NCBI GenBank assembly: GCA_023231475.1
Contig: JALJEE010003119.1
Coordinates: 1-33,036, forward strand
Reading direction: 5' to 3'
DNA from: Seison nebaliae
Taxonomy: Eukaryota
DNA: 33,036 nucleotides
In this document: positions 23,056 to 33,036 of the stretch, piece by piece
Position numbering within the stretch: position 1 is the first letter of the stretch
Layout: the number at the start of each line of letters is the position of its first letter
Position numbers and translations under genes: made by a program
The notes under the pieces: model-generated
Told to the model about the DNA's origin: nothing
What the model saw: only the letters and a program-made list of their open reading frames with translations
Databases searched by the model: none

Positions 23056-25535
23056 ACAGTATTCATTTATGTTTTATTCCTGATATGACACATGACACAA
23101 ATTAAATTTATAGATTTATTAGTTTCGATAACTGTTTTCTTCAAAATAATGATAATGGCAAATACTGCATCTAAATTTCTTAGTAATTTTGTTCGCCTAT
23201 TTTCTTGGAACACAGATTGTGAGCGTTTGATTCTCCGACATCGTCATTTATACATTAATTGAAATAAACAATTTTTACGTTTTTGATTTGCAAAATATTA
23301 ATTCCGAAATTGGTACAAAAATTTCCGAAAACTTATTTTACACTAATAGATGTAAGAATACAGAATAACGACCTTTAACATAGGAAAATCAACGGTGGGC
23401 AATGTTATTAGAAAATAAAAATTAAAGACGATGAAAGGAAGACGATAATGGAAGAAAATGGAGTTGGGGAAGGACGAATTCAACAAAGAAATCGGTATTT
23501 GTTTCCAGTTCTTAGCGAAAACTAGGCTAATTTTTGCGTGTACTTAAAATCTTGAAAAAAATGTGTCATAACATTTCGTCTAACTTTTAATTATTTTAAC
23601 TAATCTACTTTTAAAATTTGAGAAAGACTAATATTCTAATGATTTTATTGATGCTAATGTAATGCATGCTCGATAAAAGTAATCACAGAGTTATAACTCA
23701 TAACTTATAAGGTTTTTTAGAACATGTCGATCAATGGATCGCACATGTTGTAGATAGAGTCTATCTGATAGACATCATAATATCTATTGCTTTAGAAGTT
23801 GCTAATAGAAATTTAATCTTACATTTTCGGAAATGTAACAAAAACAATTTATTTATAACCTTTCTGTCTTAATTTCAACATTTTAAATTATCTTCGTTAA
23901 CCGGAATTCTCAAAAATCTTCGGTGTTTATAATCCTGACTTGTTAATAATTTTGCATTGCAAACATTGCATAAAATTAGTTAAACTTTCGTGATATTCTG
24001 TCCATATGTAAACTTTAGTTTGCATATTTCTGGACATAATCTTCGTTTATCTATAATATCCTCACAAGGTTTTAAGAGAATGGTTACCAATGCATAATTA
24101 AAAATCAGCTGCATAAAGAAAGCGAGTGAATCGGTATTGAAAGATGTAAACGTCGTCAAGATCAGGCAGAATTTATGAAAAATTATTTAATAAGTTTTCC
24201 CATCAGTCTATATAAGAAGTTTTTTGAATTATAATTATTGAGTTGTTGAAGATCATTAGTTGTATTTCAGTATTTATATTTTGCATTTGTTTAATTAATT
24301 GCGTTCGTTGACCTTTTCATAATATGTTTGTTCTATGTTGGAATATCGTGATCGATTGAAAGTTTCTCAAATTTAATCTTGAAATGATATACATAAAGAA
24401 TGATGAATAAAACAGAAGAAAAAGGATAAAAATCAATAGAAAAAAAAATCGATAACATGTTGGCATGCCAATTGAAAATGAGTTGCAGACAAAAGATCAT
24501 AAAAGTTTCACGAATCAGGAAGTATCTCAAAAAAAAGTCAAAAAGTATATCAATAAACCGCACAATCGACACAATCCATAAGGTATTGTCATTAACATAA
24601 GTTGTTTCTAATATTACATTGCTGTTTTGCTTTGATAAAATAATAATCACAAAGTTTTACTTTAAAATATCCGAAGTATTTAATATTAATTCAACTGATT
24701 TAAAAATAAATGCATTTGTTACGTACTATTAGAAATATTAAAAACTATGTTATTATATTCTTCAAACCGCCAGTATTAATGATGTATTGATATCATTATT
24801 ATAAACAGTACACTAATATTATATAGTCAAAAATGTGATAAATGACATTATAGAATTTCTGATGAAATACGTTCGAAATTCCACAATACTTATTTTCTTT
24901 TTATATTGAAGTATATTCGATTGGGCATTTGTAATAACATCATTGATAAAGAGTAACCATCTACAATCTGTCAGTTTGTTTTTTGTCCTTCCTTACCTTC
25001 TCTCCAGACTATAGGCAATGGTGAATTTGGGGGAAATGATAAAAATTTCTAGGACGGAATGTATTCGTACTTGAAAATTAAACAGGAAGAAATGGAAAGC
25101 ATATTGATTCATAGAAATGAAAATGTGTGCTATATGTACACAGTATCTTAAGAAACGTAATATAATTTTATATGAATATATAGATATATTTGCATCAAAT
25201 GATGAGATGTATTTGATGGCGACCCTTTATAAATTATTAAAAAAATAAAAAGGAAACTTTATATTTTCCCTAATCCATATTGGTAAATAATGATTGCATA
25301 AATTATTCTACATTCATTAAAAGACAGTCATTAGTTATTTTGACCGGTGGCAATGTATTATTTTAAAATAAGGAGAGAACAACTTCATAACGGAAAATTT
25401 TTTAAAAAATATTTATTCTAACTTCTCACCAACATTGCGAAGAAACAAATTATATGACAAACACATTTTTCTCATAATAATAATTCTTGTTTTATTGTTG
25501 AAGAATTTCATTACATTCAATTAGATTTAACATCA

Positions 25536-27154
25536 ATGCTTTCATTCCAGAAGCACTTGAAGAATTGTTATGAATTATACAAGTTGTATGAAGTGGAATT
25601 GAACAAATATTTGGATGATGTAGAACCGGAAATATATTTTCAGGTGAACGAACGTGATTCAAATCGACTAGATCGTGATTATGCTCGTAAGAGTTACAAT
25701 AATTACGAATTCTCACATATTCTATCCCATGTGTTGGATGCGCGATCACTTTTCACAAGTTTCCATTTTTCACTCTCATTCAAATATCGAATGAATTCTC
25801 CCATTAGAGCAAGGTTTAGAATTGTATCAAAATGCCTTCCGTATGACAATACAAGAACGACAAACAAATATCAATGTACCAAATATTCTTTTCAAGAGAA
25901 TAATTTCCTATTTGTTCGTGAAACGGAACAATATCCCTTATTACGGTCTAAAACCGTTACCAAACAGATTATTCTCATTGGAATCTCAATTTCGCGATTT
26001 CGATGATGAGATTGAGAATGAGAAACGTAATGATTATGAAGGATTCATTAATCAACATTCCGTTGCTTATCGTCCACAAACACACGATGAATTAATGGAA
26101 ATGGATGAAAGAACTGATAGTTTAAGTAAAATGAGCAATTTTGTACCATCTTCAAGAAGTGGTTATTCAATGAGAACAGTAGAAATGTTTATTAAATTTT
26201 TTCATATTTTCAAATATATTAAACATTTCATTATCAATCCATTACAATGTAGATTATCGGTAGCGGAAAATTTTCGTTTGGAGAAAATTATTAAAAGTAA
26301 TCTTCGTCGATATCATCGTGATCCAATGGAATCGAATCGATTGAATTCTTATGATTCAAGAGATAATTTTAGACGAACGGCAAATAGTTTAAGTAAATCG
26401 GAAAATAATCTTTCGAAATATCAAAGGAATAATTATGACGATATTAAAGAACAAACAATAAAATTTATTCAAATTTTCAGTGATTGGGTCATAGCTATTT
26501 GTCTGAAAGATTGGTCGCTTGGTAAATGTTACGCAATTAATTATCCACTCCAAGCAATGTTCACCGGAAAGAATCAGAAACAAAGTTCCAAATTATTGAA
26601 AGGCAATATCGATACGATTTTCAAAAGACAAAATAAAGTTGACATAATCATAACGTCGATCCTTTTGTAGTTTTCTTTTTAAGATTTATTTGGTTCAATT
26701 CTGGTTATCAACAGGTGAAGCGACGCCTCCGTTCAGAAAAATCGTTGAATTATGTTTCTTAAAAATATTAGCAATAACGAATCGTCTCGATTATCTTTCG
26801 AATAACGATGATTCATTAACAAAGAGATATGAGATTTCTATGCAACTTGTTAGTTTGCATCCATATGAAGATGGTTTAGAAATGCGTTCTTGGGAACTAA
26901 TGGATAATAATAATGAAAATTTAACTGAAGTTTTATTTATCCTTAAATAATTTTAGAAAATTATTTTTTTTCAGTTTTTCTCAACTGCCACACAATACAA
27001 TTTAGAATCGGCAACCGAAATTCTAGTGAATATTTTGAATAATAATGTAAAAATTTTGAAACGACTATCGAACGGACATTATGTGAATGATAATAATTCG
27101 TCAACATTACCCCCAATTAATCGAGGTCGCTCAGATCGAACTAAATGGGATTAG
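25536..27154 (+). CDS. Uncharacterised protein (5 exons)
   Basis: ORFs at 25536, 25822 and 26690 plus a final exon are joined in frame by four GTT..AG introns (GTTTCC, GTTTAT, GTTGAC, GTTTTA). Stop TAG at 27152-27154. No family recognised. Confidence 0.7.
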
Positions 27155-27393
27155 GAATTTTATTTGTGAATGCGCACTGTAGATGATCATGTAAATTTCT
27201 TATTCAATTCATTTCCTCTTTTTTCCATTTTGATGAGTATTAACTGAATAAATGAAATCATTTAAACAATACAACTGAATTGTCGATAAGGAATGGAATA
27301 GAAATAAATAAGGAGGAAATTGAAAATTTAAAAGTAGAACGAGTTTCTTATTGTTCAATCAATGAAATGATTTAGACTCGACACGAAATTCCA

Positions 27394-27759
27394 ATGAATA
27401 GACGACTTATATTCTTCTTGATATGTGTCATGTTGTTGAGCAACATTGACGTATGTCTCTCCAAATATATACCGAATCAATATGTTCCTTATGAGAAATA
27501 TGGGACAGATATGATAGCAAAAAGAAATGTGGTACAGAATGGCAATTTGCAAGAAGTTCGCGATGTACTTAACACAGCCATCTCTCACAATCCGATGATG
27601 CAACATATTGTCATGAACGAATTGAATCACAAACAAAAGAGATATGTCCCCTACATGAATGTTTCCCCACAACAAACGGAAGCAGAATACGCGAAATACA
27701 AACGTTTCATGGCGTATCTGAAAGAACTTTATCGACAACGTAAAAACATAAAAACATGA
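27394..27759 (+). CDS. Secreted prohormone/neuropeptide-precursor-like protein
   Basis: Signal peptide MNRRLIFFLICVMLLSNIDVCLS, three KR sites, and YVPY present twice. Confidence 0.7.
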   Translation: MNRRLIFFLICVMLLSNIDVCLSKYIPNQYVPYEKYGTDMIAKRNVVQNGNLQEVRDVLNTAISHNPMMQHIVMNELNHKQKRYVPYMNVSPQQTEAEYAKYKRFMAYLKELYRQRKNIKT

Positions 27760-27889
27760 GGCGGAAATTCCGGACGTCCATGTCCAATGTAAAATGAAAT
27801 CATTGCAAATTTGCACATTCATCATGACGAAACATCAGTCAATCTATTCTCAATTAGAACTAATGTTTCTGAAATAAAATTCAACTAAT

Positions 27890-28525
27890 TTAATTGTCTT
27901 TAGATTTTAAATAATCTTCGATTTTTTTCCGTTTTTCCATTCCTATTAAGAATTCTTCCATTTCTTTCTTTTTTTCTTCTTTCTGTTTCTCCAATACATC
28001 GGGTGGAGTATACATCGCTTTTCTTTCGTTAACTCTTTTAATTCCTGTTCGTCGATAATCAGATCTTTCTTCTAAAAATTGTCTTTTCGCTTCTTCTCTA
28101 AATTCTTCATCATCATAACTTATTAACAGATTTAAAAAGAAGATTAAATGGAAGATTAACGCATTAATTAAACATTTCTTCATTTTTGCAACTTCTTTCC
28201 GACATTTGAATACGACATATAATCCTGTCCTTCTAGCACAGAGTGCCCATTCTTTGAATGTAACATATAACAAAATATATGGAAAATATAAATGTTAATA
28301 CCTTCAACTTCATCGTAACAACGTCCTTCGTGTGCCATTTGTTTCATTTTTTGTGGTATACAAACATTCTCTTCTACTTTCCGTAAAGTTTTGTCATTGG
28401 GATCACCTTTCTTATGATATTACGTTTCGATTAAGAAGATAATTTATTAAACCTAATCCATGTGGTCCACCACCAGCTCCATCTGGTAAAATGGCCTTGT
28501 CCTTACTTTTCAACAATTCGAACAT
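27890..28525 (-). CDS. CMC1: COX assembly mitochondrial protein CMC1 (twin CX9C; 4 exons)
   Basis: Spliced GPHGLGDPNDKTLRKVEENVCIPQKMKQMAHEGRCYDEVEEWALCARRTGLYVVFKCRKEVAKMKKCLINAYDDEEFREEAKRQFLEERSDYRRTGI parallels CMC1. Confidence 0.9.
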
Positions 28526-29109
28526 ATTTTCCTTTTTTACATTTATGCCGAAAATTTAAGTTCAATTCAGATTAATTTTGCTATCAATCTTCAGTGATAA
28601 TGTTTCGGTTCCTAACTAAACTTGGTTGTTAAATAGCTTTTTCAATGTTTTATGACTAATACAATTAATATGAATTTGTATAGAATCATTAGTAGCAATG
28701 ATAGTACGTAGCGAAAGTTTAAAGCTTAACATGATCCGAGCGACTGTTACTACATTATTAGGTGTCATAATCAGTAGCGACATGTACATCCATTTGAAAG
28801 CTAATGGTTTCCATTTGGACTATGAAAAAATGGGTGGTAGAAAAAGAAAAAGATATTTGTCTAATATTAGTCCTACGAATAGTAGGACTCTAGAAAAAGA
28901 GATTTCGTCCTACCAGTAGAGATATTAGTCCTGGTCAAATCTGAGATAAGGAATAACGATCAAGAATCCTTTATGTTTAATTATTTTGAAAAAGTTATAA
29001 TATATTTCTCGTAAATTTACAAGATGTGACTTAAATTGAATCGTTTAATTTTCAACCAATTCAAAATATGAATAAACATATAACAAATATTTATTTAAAT
29101 TTAAATTTT

Positions 29110-29865
29110 TTATCCTTGTTTTGAACGGATAGCAGCACGTTTAGTAGTTGCTGCACGGAATCCCTTTTCAATTGCATTGATATAAGCACGACTTCGACAA
29201 GTCAGACATTCGATATATTGCAATCGTTCTTCTTTATTGAGAACGGTATTCATTCGTCCACAAGATCGACATTTGACGAACTCACCCACATATTTGATGA
29301 GAAGATTTTCAATATGATTTCCTTTAAATCTTCCTTTGATTACCAAACAGTTACCTTCATGACCACAAATATCGGCGGTTGTACCCAATTCGGCACGAAT
29401 AAATGATTCCAAATGACCACGATCTCGATTCAATTGTTTCGCACATTCGTCCAAATTAGCCACACCTGTTCGTCGAGTTCCCAACGACCAAACTTTTGGT
29501 GGTTTCAAGATCAATTTGGAACTGCCTTTCAAATCAGGATTATTTTTCTCTATTATTCCATATATTCTTTTAATTAATTCTTCATAAGTATAATCAGGTT
29601 CCTCCTCCAAATTCGGATCTTTCATAAATTTCTTTAAATATTCTGCCTGTGCTTCTGCCTTAACATTTTTCTCTCGTTCCAATCGTTTTTCTTTTTTCTA
29701 AATTTATTTCCATTTCAATGAGAATTACATCATAATAAAAAACAGATTGAGATCATTAACTTTTCCAAATTCGATTGTACCATCAATTCCATGTTTCTTT
29801 TCTTTCCTATCCTTCTTCTTCCTCTTCCCAAAATCAACTTTAACTTCTGTTTTGATATCACTCAT
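29110..29865 (-). CDS. EIF2S2: Translation initiation factor eIF2 beta subunit (2 coding exons)
   Basis: Lys-rich boxes, DYTYEELIKRIY, LKPPKV, HLESFIRAELGT, LVIKGRF, and the C4 zinc ribbon CRSC..CLTC. Confidence 0.95.
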
Positions 29866-30501
29866 TTTTGGACTTGCAATAAATATGATTTTTAAGTGTT
29901 TATTAATATATATTTCATTCCCCCTTCCCCTCCATGAATTAAGAAAAGAATATAAACGTCTTCAATCATTGCTAAGTTCATAGATCTTGAAAATTTAGCT
30001 TATTCTTTTCAACTTCAAATTATTCTTTTATTTCACAATTTATAATATTGCATTGTAAGATTAATTCTCACAATTGTCAGAGTTTTGTTGTTGGTAAAGG
30101 TTAAACTTTAAAAGACAGTTTAAAATCTGAAAAAGATGTTTAAATTAATATATCTTAATTAAAAACATGAAATATAATAGTAACATGTAGTTAAACGAAA
30201 CGTTAATAACAGTTCAATAAAAATTACACAATAATTAGATTCATATAACTATAGTAAATCTATAAAGTTTATTGATATAAGATAAGATAGATATATAATC
30301 TATAAAGATAGAGTTTGGTTTAAGTGTTAAATATTTCCAACTAAATCATTTTTGTTATTGTGGAGATTAATTAAACTGTTCCAAAATTAGTTTTAGTTTG
30401 ACTTACAAATAAGAAATGGTTGAGTTGACTGCTTCCAAAGTGTTTCGAATTAAAATTAAGCAACTTTTCTTTTCTTTTGACTTACTTATTTTGCTTAACT
30501 T

Positions 30502-31076
30502 ATGTTTCCTTTAATTTTAATTTATATGTTCTTCATTCCGTTTTGCCGAGGTTAGAATTTTAATGGACTTCTATTTCATCGATCATTGACTGTTCTTAAG
30601 GAATGACGAAAGCTTATGCCATCGAAGTAACTACTGCCGTCAATCGAAAATACCGACCACCCTGTTTCGCACTATCATGGACATGGGATGGACCAGGAAC
30701 TTGGAACAAAGTTCGTGTTCGATTATTTGATGTTCTTGATTCGAAAACTGATTGGGTTCCGGTGAAACATCTCGTCAAAGGTGCAACTACCACCGTAGTA
30801 GTAAAAGACTTATTGAAAGAGTTATCTCATATACAAATATCTTATCAACGGCCAGATAGCAAGCTCCGTTTTATTTCAAAATGTGACTATTGGAAATTAA
30901 ATCGAGTTATTATCAAACATTTTAATAATCAAATTATTTGTTCAACGAACTTGTTTAAATTAGCATTTCTCATCGAGCACAAGTTGGAAGGATCAAACAT
31001 CTTTTCTTTTCAAATATTTTCCGTAGTCATCCCAAATGTATATCTGATTTCTCTTTTCCTCAAAAATTATTCATAG
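30502..31076 (+). CDS. Secreted PLAT/LH2-like single-domain protein, paralogue 1 (3' end unresolved)
   Basis: Signal exon MFPLILIYMFFIPFCRG, intron 30551-30600, then YAIEVTTA..DGPGTWNKVRVRLFDVL..CDYWKLNR. Confidence 0.7.
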
Positions 31077-31186
31077 AAGTTTAGTAATTTGTGTGAAAAG
31101 TTTTTAGTAGTGTCTAAAAGACGAAATGTGAATTATATTTTCGCATTTTTTCTTTTTCTTTTATTCTTTCAGTCGACGACACCTTA

Positions 31187-31862
31187 ATGTTCCTTATCTT
31201 AATTTTAATTGCTTCTGTTCTACGATTTATATCCAGTTTCATCTTTTATTATTCCAATTCGAATAAAGTCATTTTAAGCGCTAACTAAATCTTATACAGT
31301 CGAAGTAACAACTGCCAATAACGATAATTATCGTCCGAGTTGTGGATTGATATCAGACCTATTTGACGGACCAGGAACATGGAACCAGATTTCTGTAAGA
31401 CTCTATGATGTTTTGGGATCACATACCGAATGGATTCCAATCCGTGAATTACATCGAGGTCACACATCTTCCGTTGTCATAAAAGATATCCTACGTGATC
31501 TCGATCATATAGAAATTTCCTATAGACGTCCAAGAAGTTTTTTCTATTTCTGGAAACGTTGTGATTTATGGAAATTACAGCGAGTTAATTTTCTTTCTAT
31601 TGAAATTTCAACTATTGTATAATATTTAAAATTTTCTATTCATTCCACTAATTTTATTGATTGACATTTTTAGATAATTGTTCGAGATCTCATTGATCAT
31701 AAAAGTTATGTGACGAAATGTAATTGCTGGTTCGATCGACAACATCATGTGGTTGATAGGAAGTTACATGAATTTACTCCTAAAGTCGATTCGGTAGATA
31801 ACACTTATGAAGGAGAAGATGAATCAGGATTATCCAGCATCTTATCATGGGCGGGTAAATAA
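31187..31862 (+). CDS. Secreted PLAT/LH2-like single-domain protein, paralogue 2 (3 exons)
   Basis: MFLILILIASVLRFISTLTKSYTVEVTTA..GPGTWNQISVRLYDVLGSHTEW..LHRG..LRDLDHIEI..WKLQRIIVRDLIDHKSYVTKCNCWFD follows the PLAT pattern. Two GTT introns. Confidence 0.78.
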
Positions 31863-32154
31863 CAAATCATTTAACATCATGCACAAAAGATTGTATGAAT
31901 TCGAAATACAAAAAAAAATTATTTTTTCCTTGTTATTGTTTTCCAGATTTCTTTACTCACACTTGTTAATCATATTAAACCTTTAAAATCAATCTCATTA
32001 CTAAGCCTTTCTCTTCAATGTGGAGAAAAAGTAAAATAAAAAAAAATAGCGAGTTGAAAAAGTGAAAATTTGCTTTTATTATTTTTGTTTCGTCTGTCTG
32101 TCCTCTTCACCATTTGTTTAGTTTTTAGAAAGGGAATCAATTTTGAAAAAAAAA

Positions 32155-32394
32155 ATGAATAGAACATTAGAAATCGTCGAACTTCGTCATCAGATGCAAA
32201 TTTTGCAAGATGAGATGGTGAATATAATGAAACAAATGAATGTTATACAAAGAAAATTGGACGACTTAACGGATGAAGAATTAACTACAGAATCTATGAA
32301 ATCTTGGTCAATTACAGACTACAAAGGTGAAAATAACATGGAGACCGAACCGAAAGAATCGTTAAAATCCTTTCAATTCAATTTCAAACAATAA
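32155..32394 (+). CDS. Small orphan coiled-coil protein (79 aa)
   Basis: Heptad-like IVELRHQMQILQDEMVNIMKQMNVIQRKLDDL followed by an acidic tail. Confidence 0.5.
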   Translation: MNRTLEIVELRHQMQILQDEMVNIMKQMNVIQRKLDDLTDEELTTESMKSWSITDYKGENNMETEPKESLKSFQFNFKQ

Positions 32395-32903
32395 TCTTTT
32401 AATCAATTTATTGAAACATTCAAAGCTTCATAATTCATTCATAATTCAGTGATAATTGTTTTTTTCAAAAGATTCTTGTAGATAGAAATAAAATCCCTTC
32501 ATTAATCTAATCTTCAAATTTCAAACGTTAATTTTTTCTACATGTTTGTCACATTTTGAATAAGATAAATTCGACAAAAACTTTTAATGTAATTTATTTA
32601 AATGAAAATTACATATGACTATTATTATTAATTACTGATCATAAAATGAATGAAAACGATTTCGAATATATAATATGTGAATAGTCACTTGGTTTTAATA
32701 AAAGACTGATGTTAGTCTATTATGCCTTTAGAATTTGTTCAGAATGATCTTAATCAAAGAAAGATATTCTAACAATGAAGAAACAGAAGTACTCTGATAT
32801 GTAAAAAGAAACATAAATATCTGACTATTAGTGCTGTGAATATGATCCATGAGTCTGGCTAATAGCTTGGCTCGAGCTTTGTATGTATAGGACTCGAGTC
32901 TAG

Positions 32904-33027
32904 GACATAAGAGCCACGAGACAAAAGAGCCACGGCACAAAAGAGCCACGGGACAAAAGAGCCATGGACAAAAGAGCCACGAGACAAAAGAGCCATGGAC
33001 AAAAGAGCCACGGACAAAAGAGCCACG
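32904..33027. repeat. Minisatellite of eight 15-16 bp units, consensus GACAAAAGAGCCAYG(R); possibly a subterminal repeat of a DNA transposon/MITE
   Basis: Eight directly abutting units with no spacers, preceded by the palindrome GACTCGAGTC. Confidence 0.9.
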
Positions 33028-33036
33028 CAGACTTTG

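Noticed and set aside
27355..27825. 156-aa minus-strand ORF and similar antisense or alternate-frame ORFs (63-251, 233-469, 10331-10561, 11626-11895, 13875-14084)
   Set aside because: They overlap better-supported genes or repeats and have no recognisable motifs.
32904..33027. CRISPR array
   Set aside because: Units abut with no unique spacers, the context is eukaryotic, and there are no cas genes.

Overview
This is AT-rich, gene-dense nuclear DNA from a compact-genome animal; the exact organism cannot be determined from the sequence. Most introns are about 40-65 nt. Genes reconstructed by hand include CEP83, ATP synthase subunit c, a DRAM/TMEM150-family protein, mitochondrial ProRS (PARS2), Mic60/IMMT, CMC1 and eIF2-beta. 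Others are a PLAT-mucin type I membrane protein, a secreted protein with four Ly6/three-finger-like domains, two tandem secreted PLAT paralogues, a prohormone-like precursor, several orphans, a broken PHD-finger ORF, LINE RT relics and a 15-16 bp minisatellite. Four observations stand out. (1) The splice code is aberrant: 40 of 43 coding introns I could place start GTT, usually A|GTT with no +5 G, and 12 of 43 end in AAG or GAG. (2) A 93-nt class II tRNA-like Pol III gene has intact acceptor, D, variable and T arms, but its anticodon loop is replaced by an extended GAGA-capped hairpin. (3) Two U31/snR67-type C/D snoRNAs sit in introns of an unannotated non-coding host immediately downstream of the ATP synthase c gene. 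(4) A predicted U4-Am65 C/D guide RNA lies in the long intron of IMMT. All gene models and counts are manual and need RNA-seq confirmation.
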